A stretch of 54,057 nt of DNA, from positions 1 to 54,057 of IMG/VR virus record IMGVR_UViG_3300048597_000056; one strand, written 5' to 3'. The notes beneath the pieces were generated by a model that worked only from the letters and a program-made list of their open reading frames with translations, was not told the origin of the DNA and ran no database searches. Positions 15,706 to 24,676 of the stretch are shown in pieces (position 1 is the stretch's first letter; each line of letters starts with the position of its first letter). The translations under genes were made by a program, and so were the position numbers. Origin of the DNA: a virus. Taxonomy: Duplodnaviria > Caudoviricetes.

Positions 15706-15957
15706 ATGCGCGCCAGTTATCTAGTGCCCGGTAAGCTCTACTACAGCCCGCTCGGCAAGCTCTGCACGCTTCTGGCCCCGAGCGAAAACCGCAGTGCACA
15801 TCTGTTCGCGTACCTTACGAAAACCGGCAGGCCAAGCGAAGACGGATTCGCTATCAACGCAGACAACATCCGTGCAATCGCCGCGATGTGCGAGGCCGGA
15901 GATCATCCGCCGATGACGATTTCTGCCTACATCAAAGCGCGTGGGATCACAGCATGA
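15706..15957 (+). CDS. Hypothetical protein
   Basis: ORF packing; ATGA overlap with next gene. Confidence 0.65.
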   Translation: MRASYLVPGKLYYSPLGKLCTLLAPSENRSAHLFAYLTKTGRPSEDGFAINADNIRAIAAMCEAGDHPPMTISAYIKARGITA

Positions 15958-16205
15958 GCATCAAGTCCGTGCTCTATGACGTGGCCCGCCTGTGCGAGAA
16001 GTCGCAAGAGCGCTACGGAGACTTCGCCAGCACGCACGAAGCGCTCGGCGTGGCTCTTGAGGAATGGGACGAACTCCGCGCAGCGTTGCAGGCAAACGAT
16101 CTGCCACTAGTCGCATACGAGGCTATCGACTTGGCCGCAGTGCTTGTGCGGCTTGCTGATGCATGTGATAGGTCAATCGCGTTTAAGGAAAGGTCTGTTA
16201 AGTGA
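15954..16205 (+). CDS. MazG-like nucleotide pyrophosphohydrolase
   Basis: STHEALGVALEEWDEL...EAIDLAAV motifs. Confidence 0.65.
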   Translation: MSIKSVLYDVARLCEKSQERYGDFASTHEALGVALEEWDELRAALQANDLPLVAYEAIDLAAVLVRLADACDRSIAFKERSVK

Positions 16206-17566
16206 AGTACGAGGATTTCATCGAATCAAAGACGCAGGCCGGCGCTAACAGCGGGTTTGAACCTGTTTGGATGCCCGATTTCCTGTTCGATTTCCAGCGC
16301 GAGATTGTCGAGTGGGCCGTCCGCAAGGGCCGCGCGGCGGTGTTCGCTGACTGCGGACTCGGTAAGACGCCAATGGGACTGACATGGGCATCCAACGTGG
16401 CCCGCAAGACCGGCAAGCCGGTGCTGTACTTGACCCCGCTGGCGGTCGCATCGCAGACCGTGCGCGAGGCGGCGAAGTTTGGCATCGAGGCGGTGCAATC
16501 GCGCGACGGCGCCAGCAACGGGCACATCATCGTTGCCAATTACGAGCGTCTGCACTATTTCAATCATGCCGACTTCGGTGGCGTGGTGTGCGACGAGTCG
16601 AGCATCCTCAAGAGCTACGCCGGCCAGCGCCGCGGCGAGATCACCACATTCATGCGCAAGGTGCCGTACCGGCTGCTGCAGACCGCGACAGCCGCGCCGA
16701 ATGACTACATCGAGTTAGGCACCAGCTCCGAAGCGCTTGGGTACATGGGCCACATGGACATGCTCAATAGGTTCTTCAAGAATGACCTGAACAACAGCGC
16801 GCAGGGGCGCATTGGTGGCGAGGTCATCAAGTTCCGGCTGAAGGGTCACGCCGAAGGACCGTTCTGGCGCTGGGTGTGCTCATGGGCGCGCGCCATCCGC
16901 CGGCCGTCTGACCTGGGCTTCGATGACAGCAACTTCATCCTTCCGCCGTTAAACGAGGGCGAGCATCTTGTAGATGCGCAATCGCTGGCGGACGGCATGC
17001 TGTTCGCCATGCCTGCCGTTGGCCTGAAGGAACAGCGCGAGGAACGTCGGCGCACGGTAGAGGAACGATGCGAGCGCGTTGCTGAACTGGTCAACCACAC
17101 CGGACAGCCGGCGCTTGTCTGGTGCCACTTGAACGACGAAGGCGATATGCTGGAGCGCATGATTCCAGACGCTGTGCAAGTCAGCGGTGCCGATAGCGAC
17201 GACAAGAAGGAACTGCACCTAGAAGCCTTCGCCGAAGGGCGCGCCCGCGTGCTCATCACGAAGCCGAAGATAGGCGCGTGGGGGTTGAACTTCCAGCACT
17301 GCAACCATGTGACCTTCTTCCCGTCACACAGCTTCGAGCAGTATTACCAGGCGGTGCGACGCTGCTGGCGCTTCGGGCAAACGCGCCCGGTAAAGGTGGA
17401 CATCATCACCACCGAAGGCGAGCGCGGAGTGATGCGCAACTTGCAGCGCAAGTCCGACCAGGCCGACGAAATGTTTTCCCGCCTTGTGGAGGAGATGACC
17501 AACGCGCTGTCAATCGAACGCGCGAACAACATGACCAAGAAACTGGAGATCCCATCATGGCTGTAA
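16202..17566 (+). CDS. SNF2-like superfamily 2 helicase
   Basis: DCGLGKT, DESS, TATAAPND, GLNFQ, QAVRRCWRFGQ motifs. Confidence 0.9.
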   Translation: MKYEDFIESKTQAGANSGFEPVWMPDFLFDFQREIVEWAVRKGRAAVFADCGLGKTPMGLTWASNVARKTGKPVLYLTPLAVASQTVREAAKFGIEAVQSRDGASNGHIIVANYERLHYFNHADFGGVVCDESSILKSYAGQRRGEITTFMRKVPYRLLQTATAAPNDYIELGTSSEALGYMGHMDMLNRFFKNDLNNSAQGRIGGEVIKFRLKGHAEGPFWRWVCSWARAIRRPSDLGFDDSNFILPPLNEGEHLVDAQSLADGMLFAMPAVGLKEQREERRRTVEERCERVAELVNHTGQPALVWCHLNDEGDMLERMIPDAVQVSGADSDDKKELHLEAFAEGRARVLITKPKIGAWGLNFQHCNHVTFFPSHSFEQYYQAVRRCWRFGQTRPVKVDIITTEGERGVMRNLQRKSDQADEMFSRLVEEMTNALSIERANNMTKKLEIPSWL

Positions 17567-18546
17567 TCGATCAATGCGTTACCGAGAAGTTCGCCATCTA
17601 TAACGGCGATTGCGTCGAAGTGATGAAGGGCCTTCCGGCCGGCGTAATTCATCTGTCGATCTACTCCCCGCCGTTCGGTGGGCTGTATCACTACAGCAGC
17701 AATGAGCGTGATCTTTCGAACTGCGACGACTACGACACGTTCTTCGAACACTACGCATTTGTTGTGCGCGAGTTGGCGCGGGTGACGATGCCGGGCCGGG
17801 TGACTGCGGTTCACTGCATGGACGTGCCGCGCAGCAACAGTGGCACCGACAGCTACATCGACTTCCCAGGAGACATCATCCGTCTGCATGAGCGTGAAGG
17901 CTGGCGATTCACAGGCCGGCGCATGATCTGGAAGGAGCCGCTTGCCGTTCGCCTAAGAACGATGCAGAAGAACCTCGCGCATGCCTCGCTGGTGGCCGAC
18001 AGCATCGACTGCGGGGTTGCCGCTGGTGACCAGTTGCTGACCTTTCGCCGCGTCGGCACGAACCCGGTGCCGGTCGAACATCCGCAGGGCATGCTCGACT
18101 ACGCTGGTGAACGTGTCATGCCTGGCGACCTGTTGCCATACCGCGGCTGGACAGGCAAGCAGACGGAAAATCGCTACTCGCATTGGATCTGGCGACAGTA
18201 CGCGGATTGCATGTGGGACGACATTCGCATAGGCCGCGTGTTGCCATACCGTGAAGCTCGCGACAGCGAAGACGAGAAGCACGTCCACCCTCTGCAGCTG
18301 GACGTGATCGACCGCTGCGTCGAACTGTTCAGCAACAAAGGCGAGACGGTCTTTACGCCGTTCATGGGAGTCGGTTCAGAGGTCTACAGCCCTATCATCC
18401 TAGGCCGCCGTGGAATGGGTGCAGAACTCAAGCCGAGCTACTACCGTCAGGCATTGAAGAATGTGCAGATGGCCGCTGCTGGGCGGAAGGACATCGAGAC
18501 GTCAGAGGCGTTTGACTTTTATACTGAAGCAATAGAAACAGAGTAA
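17557..18546 (+). CDS. DNA N4-cytosine/N6-adenine methyltransferase (beta class)
   Basis: SPPF catalytic motif precedes PFMGVGS SAM-binding motif; HVHPLQLD. Confidence 0.9.
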   Translation: MAVIDQCVTEKFAIYNGDCVEVMKGLPAGVIHLSIYSPPFGGLYHYSSNERDLSNCDDYDTFFEHYAFVVRELARVTMPGRVTAVHCMDVPRSNSGTDSYIDFPGDIIRLHEREGWRFTGRRMIWKEPLAVRLRTMQKNLAHASLVADSIDCGVAAGDQLLTFRRVGTNPVPVEHPQGMLDYAGERVMPGDLLPYRGWTGKQTENRYSHWIWRQYADCMWDDIRIGRVLPYREARDSEDEKHVHPLQLDVIDRCVELFSNKGETVFTPFMGVGSEVYSPIILGRRGMGAELKPSYYRQALKNVQMAAAGRKDIETSEAFDFYTEAIETE

Positions 18547-18682
18547 TCAACCGGCGACCCATGCGGGTGAGTACGTAACCTAAATATAGGTCGAAGTGCA
18601 TTGCACTGGTCTGTGGAGATGCGTGCGATAGCCGAATGTTGCGTTTCGGTAGCCGACCCAATAAACAAGGATTGGACAAGGT

Positions 18683-18889
18683 ATGAAATCCACCCAAGGC
18701 CGCCGCCTGATAGCAGCCCTGAAGCGCCGCGCAATGACCTATGGCTAAATGCAGGCACTAGGCATCAGCACCAGTCCTCAAAAGCGCGTGGTCGAATGCC
18801 TGCTCGAGCATGAGCGCATCATCAAGGCGAAGGACTCGCGCGGGCTTGTGAGGTGGCGGGTTATCTCGGCTACTAGGTGGACTGCATGA
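18683..18889 (+). pseudogene. Small HTH-like gene interrupted by in-frame TAA at 18746-18748
   Basis: MKSTQGRRLIAALKRRAMTYG*MQALGISTSPQKRV...WTA*; final TGA overlaps next ATG. Confidence 0.6.
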
Positions 18890-19101
18890 AATCCAGCGAC
18901 ACATTCAGATGGGAGCAGGACGGCTCAGGCGGTGACCACGGCACGGCGCAATACTTCTTTATTGGGGGCAGCGTGAAGTTGCGGGTAGAGTCGTTCGCAA
19001 AGGCTTTCGAGTTGAATCAAGCAATTGCTCTTGAGCGCGAAAACGTAACCTATCAAGCGCGCCGGGAACTGTTGCGCGAGATAGCCAGGATCGAAGCATG
19101 A
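18886..19101 (+). CDS. Hypothetical protein
   Basis: ATGA overlaps at both ends. Confidence 0.65.
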   Translation: MKSSDTFRWEQDGSGGDHGTAQYFFIGGSVKLRVESFAKAFELNQAIALERENVTYQARRELLREIARIEA

Positions 19102-19319
19102 AAGCCAAGAACCTACGCGGCGACCGCAACCAGTGCACGGCATGCGAACGCTTGTTTAACTCCGCCCTGGCCTTCGACAAGCACCGCACAGGAAAGCACG
19201 AAGGCGGAAACCGCCGCTGCCCGACCGTTGCAGAGATGACCGCGAAGGGCATGGTGCTTCGGGATGATGGATTCTGGCGCGGTTCTGAGTTCAAACTGCA
19301 CGCCAAAGGCTTAGAGTAA
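19098..19319 (+). CDS. FDxHR-type zinc-binding phage protein
   Basis: CTAC...AFDKHRTG...RRC motif. Confidence 0.75.
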   Translation: MKAKNLRGDRNQCTACERLFNSALAFDKHRTGKHEGGNRRCPTVAEMTAKGMVLRDDGFWRGSEFKLHAKGLE

Positions 19320-19355
19320 GCATACGCGGCTTACGCGAATTACTGGAGATTAGCC

Positions 19356-20231
19356 ATCTACGCCAAACTGTTTACGAGCATCTATCAAGGCACTTTAAGG
19401 GGCAATTCTCATGGCCTGCTGGTGTTCACCAACCTCATCGCGCACTGCGACAAGTCGGGTTCCGTTGACATGCACCCGAGAGCGATAGCCGAAGAAGTCG
19501 GCCTTTCGGTGGAGCAAGTCAGGGCAGCTTTGGACGAATTGGAGTCTCCAGACCCAGAGTCCAGAAGCCCGGAATGCGACGGAAAACGCATCATTCGCCT
19601 CGATGAACACCGTTCTTGGGGCTGGGTTGTCGTCAATTACACCAAGTACCGAGCTATCAGGGATGAGGACGACAGACGGGAACAGAACCGCCTTGCCCAG
19701 CAGCGTTGGCGTGCTAAATATAAGCTTGAGTCAGGCGCGATAAGCCGCGTAAGCCAGGATAAGCCAGAAAAAGCCCATACAGAGGCAGAGGCAGAAGCAT
19801 TAAATACTAGCTTGCTACCGCAAGCTTGTACTTTTCCTCCAGAAAAGTCCGAACTGGTGCTTGTGGAGTCGAATCCTGACAAGCCAGGACTCCCACACTG
19901 CCCGCACAAGGCTATCCTTTCCCTATGGGCTGAAGTCTTGCCAGCCTTCCCGCAGCACAACGTGGAACTATGGAACGGCACCAGGGCGGCGCACCTTCGC
20001 TCAAGATGGCGAGAAACAGCGGCATTCAAGGGATGGAGGAACGAACCGGACGGGATAGCCTACATGCGCAAGCTATTCGCATACATCGGGCAAAGCCGGT
20101 TCCTCAGCGGGCGGGTTCCTGCAATCAACGGGCGACCGCAGTTCATTGCAGAGCTTGCATGGGTTGTGAACCCGACGAATTGGGCGAAGATTCACGAAGG
20201 CAAATACCACCAAGAGGAGAAGTCGGCATGA
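19356..20231 (+). CDS. Phage replication initiator/replisome organiser (probable ATC start at 19356; first canonical start is GTG at 19422)
   Basis: N-terminal wHTH-like YAKLFTSIYQGTL...PDPESRS...VVNYTKYR; low-complexity linker; C-terminal WVVNPTNWAKIHEGKY. Confidence 0.75.
   Translation: MYAKLFTSIYQGTLRGNSHGLLVFTNLIAHCDKSGSVDMHPRAIAEEVGLSVEQVRAALDELESPDPESRSPECDGKRIIRLDEHRSWGWVVVNYTKYRAIRDEDDRREQNRLAQQRWRAKYKLESGAISRVSQDKPEKAHTEAEAEALNTSLLPQACTFPPEKSELVLVESNPDKPGLPHCPHKAILSLWAEVLPAFPQHNVELWNGTRAAHLRSRWRETAAFKGWRNEPDGIAYMRKLFAYIGQSRFLSGRVPAINGRPQFIAELAWVVNPTNWAKIHEGKYHQEEKSA
19741..19775 (+). repeat. Phased (T/A)AAGCC repeats, candidate origin iterons
   Basis: TAAGCC at 19741, 19750, 19760 and AAAGCC at 19770, inside the initiator linker. 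Confidence 0.45.
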
Positions 20232-20545
20232 GACGCACATTCAACGAAGATGCGGAACCGGTGCAACAGATCGAGCAGGAGCGGTCGTATAAATGCCCGG
20301 CGCACGGTTGCCCTAACGCTGCAAGCACGTCATTCGACGGGTCAAGGTGGGCATGCTCAAGGCACGCAAGCGCATCGGCTGAGAAGTGGCCGCAGGTCAC
20401 GACAGAGATTCGCCAAGGTTGGCCTGCAACGTGCAACTGGAACCACCCTGACAAGGTGCAATATGAAGCCGAGCAGGCAGCTAAACGTCGAGAAAAGCTT
20501 CCGCCAAGGCGCGGTCCTGTGGGAATGGCAGGACTGCCGCAATGA
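20228..20545 (+). CDS. Cys-rich hypothetical protein after the initiator
   Basis: GGAG SD; ATGA overlap; CPAHGCP...WACSRH. Confidence 0.7.
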   Translation: MRRTFNEDAEPVQQIEQERSYKCPAHGCPNAASTSFDGSRWACSRHASASAEKWPQVTTEIRQGWPATCNWNHPDKVQYEAEQAAKRREKLPPRRGPVGMAGLPQ

Positions 20546-20793
20546 TTGCGCAATGCATGGGCGGGATGTGCGGATCGCGAGAGAAGTGCGCGCACTACCA
20601 CGCCGAGCAGAATCCAGGCCGACAACCGATTGAACGGTTGTGCGGTGATAGAGAAGAACCAGAGGTAAACCGTGGCAGCAACGATCAAAGACCTTTACAA
20701 GCGCAGCATCGTGGACAAGTATTCCGGGTGTTGGCACTGGCAGGGAGCGACCAGAAAGGACGGCCTTCCGTCGATCTGGACGCTGGACTATGA
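20542..20793 (+). CDS. Small Cys-rich hypothetical protein
   Basis: ATGA overlap; CMGGMC...CAHY; 3' end overlaps next gene by about 120 bp. Confidence 0.45.
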   Translation: MIAQCMGGMCGSREKCAHYHAEQNPGRQPIERLCGDREEPEVNRGSNDQRPLQAQHRGQVFRVLALAGSDQKGRPSVDLDAGL

Positions 20794-21199
20794 GAAGGTC
20801 AAGAAACGCACGATGGCTGGACCTAGAGCGGTGTGGATGATCGCAAACGGGTCAGCACCGAAGGGGGTTGTGTATCGATGTTGCGCTCGGGACTGCGTGA
20901 ACCCTAAGCACATGCGGGTTGCAAAGGACCGTGAAGCGATGACCGCTGCCGTAGCCAAGGCGGGAAAGTTCAGATCGCCAAAGATGCACGCGGCAAGGCT
21001 TATTAACCTCAGACACGCCAGGAAAGCGCAAGGGATCGTAGACACACCGGACCATCATGTCATGGCAATTCGAGCCTCCAGCGAGCCACTGGCCGTTTTG
21101 GCTGAGCGGTTCGGGATATCTGACCATGCGGTGAGCGAGATTAGGCGAGGAAAGTCTCGCCTAGGGGTGGCGATGAACAGCGAGAGGGATGCAGCGTGA
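20672..21199 (+). CDS. HNH-like (His-Cys box) nuclease domain with C-terminal HTH
   Basis: GCWHWQG...CARDCVNPKH; LAERFGISDHAVSEIRRG; catalytic residues look degenerate. Confidence 0.7.
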   Translation: MAATIKDLYKRSIVDKYSGCWHWQGATRKDGLPSIWTLDYEKVKKRTMAGPRAVWMIANGSAPKGVVYRCCARDCVNPKHMRVAKDREAMTAAVAKAGKFRSPKMHAARLINLRHARKAQGIVDTPDHHVMAIRASSEPLAVLAERFGISDHAVSEIRRGKSRLGVAMNSERDAA

Positions 21200-21795
21200 G
21201 AGTGCTGGTCGCTTGCGAGTATTCAGGCGTGGTGCGTCAGGCTTTCCGTGCGCGCGGGCATGATGCTTGGTCTTGCGACTTGCTGCCCGCAGAAGACGGT
21301 CCCTGCTTGCGCGCCTATCACATGCAAGGGGACGTGCTCGGCATCCTTTGGCAAGGATGGGACATGATGATTTCGCATCCGCCTTGCACACACCTGTCTG
21401 TCAGTGGCGCACGACATTTCGATGAAAAGCGCGCAGATGGGCGGCAGCAGAAGGCAATCGAATTCTTCCTAGAACTTGCGCGAGCACCAATCCCACGCAT
21501 CGCCATCGAGAACCCGGTTTGCATCATGTCCACGGTATGGCGAGAGCCTGACCAGATCATCCAGCCGTGGCAGTTCGGGCATGGTGAGACAAAGGCTACG
21601 TGCCTGTGGCTGAAGGGACTTCCGCCACTGGTGCCGACCAACATCGTGCATGGCAGGGAACCACGCGTCCACCGTATGCCACCAGGTCCCGACAGGTGGA
21701 AAGAGCGTAGCAGAACCTACGCAGGAATCGCCACAGCAATGGCCGACCAATGGGGTGCGTATAGTGATCTGGTCACGCAGATGGAAGTTGCGTAA
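21196..21795 (+). CDS. Short C5-cytosine DNA methyltransferase-like protein
   Basis: VLVACEYSG, HPPCT, ENPV, QPWQFGH, KATCLW, RSRTY motifs. Confidence 0.85.
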   Translation: MRVLVACEYSGVVRQAFRARGHDAWSCDLLPAEDGPCLRAYHMQGDVLGILWQGWDMMISHPPCTHLSVSGARHFDEKRADGRQQKAIEFFLELARAPIPRIAIENPVCIMSTVWREPDQIIQPWQFGHGETKATCLWLKGLPPLVPTNIVHGREPRVHRMPPGPDRWKERSRTYAGIATAMADQWGAYSDLVTQMEVA

Positions 21796-22310
21796 TGGAA
21801 TGCCGTGTCTGCTCAAAGCCATTCGAGCCAGCAAGGCCGCTTCAGTCGGTTTGCTCGCTTCGATGTGCAAAGCAGGTTCCTAAGGCGGCACGCAAGGTAG
21901 AGCGTGAGCGAACAAAGGCACGCAAAGAAGCCGCAAAGCCACGGTCCAAGTGGCTCCAAGAGGCGCAACAAGCGTTCAACGCATGGATAAGGTCAAGGGA
22001 CGCAGGATTGGGCTGCATTAGCTGTGGCACGCATGTAGGCAAGGCCAATGCTGGGCACTATCTCTCGACAGGAGCAAGGCCGGAACTCAGGTTCAATGAA
22101 CGCAACGTTCACCTCCAGTGTGAGCGGTGCAACACTTACCTGCACGGCAATCTGATTGCCTACCGGATCAACCTGATCGACCGGATCGGACTAGCCGCAG
22201 TGGAAATCCTTGAAGGCCCGCACCCTGCGCAGAAGTGGACGGTTGACGAGTTGAAGGATATCAAGGCTATATATCGCGAAAAGCTGAAACCTGTCCATAA
22301 CGATGGTTGA
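21795..22310 (+). CDS. ninG: NinG/Rap recombination endonuclease
   Basis: AFNAWIRSRD, CISCG, AGHYLSTGARPELRF, QCERCN motifs. Confidence 0.92.
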   Translation: MECRVCSKPFEPARPLQSVCSLRCAKQVPKAARKVERERTKARKEAAKPRSKWLQEAQQAFNAWIRSRDAGLGCISCGTHVGKANAGHYLSTGARPELRFNERNVHLQCERCNTYLHGNLIAYRINLIDRIGLAAVEILEGPHPAQKWTVDELKDIKAIYREKLKPVHNDG

Positions 22311-22319
22311 GGTCAACAA

Positions 22320-22562
22320 GTGAGCGATAAGTGTCCAGCCTGCGAGCAATCCAGAGTCAATCGTTGGTGTGGCTACTATCGCGCTGACTGCCTGGAGTGC
22401 AGCGCAAGGGCTCTATCATCTTCGCCGGATTACTTCGAGTCTCGAAAGGTCGGAGCGATGACAGGCGCCTACAGGGCCGCGCTGTTCACCGTCTTCGGCG
22501 AGCAGTGGGAAGCTGGGCATATCAAAGTGAAGGCTTGGGCTGAAACAACACCCATCATATAA
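22320..22562 (+). CDS. Small Cys-rich hypothetical protein
   Basis: GAGG SD; CPAC...CLEC. Confidence 0.65.
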   Translation: MSDKCPACEQSRVNRWCGYYRADCLECSARALSSSPDYFESRKVGAMTGAYRAALFTVFGEQWEAGHIKVKAWAETTPII

Positions 22563-22581
22563 TGTTAGGACGCACTGACCT

Positions 22582-23451
22582 ATGAAACGCGACGCTATCT
22601 CCCCATTAGAAAAGGCTAAGGCGTCCTTTTTGCCCGTCGATAGCCTGATCCCGTATGCCCGCAATGCCCGCACGCACAGCGATGCGCAGATCGCCCAGCT
22701 CGCAGCGAGCATGGTCGAGTTCGGATTCACCAACCCGGTGATCGCTGACGAGCGCAGCATCATCGCCGGGCATGGGCGGGTGCTGGCAGCGCGCAAGCTC
22801 TACGCATCCGGGAAGCGGATCAAGCTCCCTGGGGGCGAGGAACTTCCAGAGGGCACCGTCCCTGTCATCGACTGCACCGGGTGGACAGAGGCGCAGCGGA
22901 AAGCCTACGTCATCGCGGACAACAAGCTCGCGATGAACGCGGATTGGGATTGGGAGATGCTCGCCGTCGAGGTTGACGAACTGCGGGACTTGGACTTCAG
23001 CCTGCCGATTCTCGGCTTTACGTCCGAGGAGTTGAATGAACTGATTGGGACGCCGAATACTGGTCCGGATGGAAGCCTGAGCGAATACAGTTCCAAGATC
23101 GAGGCGCCTACCTACACCCCGAAGGGTGACAGGCCGGAGATTTCCGCGCTATTCAACCGCGAGAAAATGGACTCGCTGCTAAAGAAGATCGATGAATCAG
23201 AAGCGACTTATGCAGAAAAGCAGTTCATGACGATGGCTGCGTGCAGGCACGTCGTATTCGACTACCACCAGATCGCAGAGTTTTACTGCCACGCCTCGCC
23301 AGAAGTGCAGTCGCTCATGGAAGATTCAGCCCTAGTGATAATCGACTTCGACAAGGCGATTGAGCTTGGATATGTCCAACTGTCCAAGAAACTAGCCGAT
23401 ATCTACAGTGAAACCCAGGACGTAGAGGACGAGGAGGACGTAGATGAATGA
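22582..23451 (+). CDS. ParB/Srx N-terminal domain fused to an uncharacterised helical domain
   Basis: PYARNARTH, FGFTNPV, IIAGHGR, IADNKL; C-terminal RHVVFDYHQIAEFYCHA...SALVIIDFDKAI. Confidence 0.85.
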   Translation: MKRDAISPLEKAKASFLPVDSLIPYARNARTHSDAQIAQLAASMVEFGFTNPVIADERSIIAGHGRVLAARKLYASGKRIKLPGGEELPEGTVPVIDCTGWTEAQRKAYVIADNKLAMNADWDWEMLAVEVDELRDLDFSLPILGFTSEELNELIGTPNTGPDGSLSEYSSKIEAPTYTPKGDRPEISALFNREKMDSLLKKIDESEATYAEKQFMTMAACRHVVFDYHQIAEFYCHASPEVQSLMEDSALVIIDFDKAIELGYVQLSKKLADIYSETQDVEDEEDVDE

Positions 23452-24292
23452 TGACTTCTGCGCCTTCATCCTTACGCACGGAAGGCCGGATCGTGTGCAT
23501 ACGATGGACAGTCTGCGCAAGCACGGCTACACCGGGCGGGTCATCATACTGATCGACAATGAGGATAAGACTGCTGACGAGTACCACAAGCGTTTCGGCT
23601 CTATGGTGCATGTCTTTGACAAAGCGGAGATTGCCAGCAGGATCGATGAGGGCGATAACTTCAACGACAGGCGGGCGATTATCTATGCCCGCAACGCTTG
23701 TTTCGAGGTAGCCGAAAAGCTAGGCATTACGTACTTCGTGCAGCTTGATGATGACTACATGGCATTCCGCCACAAGCGTGACGAAAAGCAGGAATACATC
23801 GACGGTCGCGATATCCACGATCTAGACGCAGTATTCAGCGCAATGCTTGAGTATTACAAGCTAATCCCTGCTGCATCGATTGCCATGGCGCAGACTGGAG
23901 ACTTTCCTGGCGGTAAGGAATGCACAAGTCGCAATAAGCACAGCCGCAAAGCCATGAATAGCTTTATATGCTCAACGCTTAGGCCATTCAAGTTTGTAGG
24001 ACGCATCAACGAGGACGTAAACACATACACAAGCGCAGCAACGCGCGGTGCATTCTTCATGACCGTCAACGATATCGTGTTGCAGCAAAAGCAAACGCAA
24101 TCAAATGCCGGTGGAATGACCGAGATGTATATGGACAGCGGTACATACGTCAAATCGTTCTATACGGTTATGTATCACCCCTCTGGTGCGCGCGTGATGT
24201 ATAGTCCAGCCGTCTCGCGGTTGCACCATCAAGTCCGTTGGAGGCACACTGTCCCATGCATCCTGCCTGAGCATTACCGCAAAGCCGCATAA
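23444..24292 (+). CDS. GT-A fold glycosyltransferase, GREB1/TET-associated (TAGT)-like
   Basis: ILTHGRP, ARN, QLDDDY (DxD), RINEDV, TQSNAGGM motifs. Confidence 0.75.
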   Translation: MNDDFCAFILTHGRPDRVHTMDSLRKHGYTGRVIILIDNEDKTADEYHKRFGSMVHVFDKAEIASRIDEGDNFNDRRAIIYARNACFEVAEKLGITYFVQLDDDYMAFRHKRDEKQEYIDGRDIHDLDAVFSAMLEYYKLIPAASIAMAQTGDFPGGKECTSRNKHSRKAMNSFICSTLRPFKFVGRINEDVNTYTSAATRGAFFMTVNDIVLQQKQTQSNAGGMTEMYMDSGTYVKSFYTVMYHPSGARVMYSPAVSRLHHQVRWRHTVPCILPEHYRKAA

Positions 24293-24676
24293 ATGGCCCG
24301 CCCACCGTTTGAACCCACCCGCGAGCAACGCTTGACCGTAAGCGTCATGGCGGCGTGCGGCACTCCGCAGGAAACGATGCGGCAGTCGGTGATCAATGGG
24401 ACGCGCGGGACGCCGATTGACCTGAAGACGCTTCGCAAGGCATTCCGCTACGAGCTAGACCAGGGCATGGAGATTTCCAATGCCATCGTGGCTCAGTCTC
24501 TGTTTAAGAAAGCTACCGGGAGCGGGCCGCAGTCAGTGACTGCAGCGATTTTCTGGCTCAAGACAAGGGCTAGGTGGCGCGAGACTAGCGACGGCGACGC
24601 AATGACTAACGACGAGCTTGCAGCCAACGTTCAGGAAGCCATCCAGCAGGCACTTGCGACGGTCGAAGGTGAATGA
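24293..24676 (+). CDS. terS: Terminase small subunit
   Basis: MARPPFEPT, TLRKAF, AAIFWLKTR motifs; directly upstream of TerL. Confidence 0.8.
   Translation: MARPPFEPTREQRLTVSVMAACGTPQETMRQSVINGTRGTPIDLKTLRKAFRYELDQGMEISNAIVAQSLFKKATGSGPQSVTAAIFWLKTRARWRETSDGDAMTNDELAANVQEAIQQALATVEGE

Noticed and set aside
18746-18748. Stop-codon reassignment in this phage
   Set aside because: TAA, TAG and TGA all end well-supported genes, and no suppressor tRNA was seen
9015-22575. Other GTTAG-type heptamers (about 9020, 10343, 11937, 13678, 22564) as extra attC sites
   Set aside because: No upstream R''/L''/L' boxes or hairpin found by eye
22582-23451. ParB as evidence for a plasmid-prophage partition system
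   Set aside because: No ParA; the domain is the ParB/Srx type found beside terminase and modification genes
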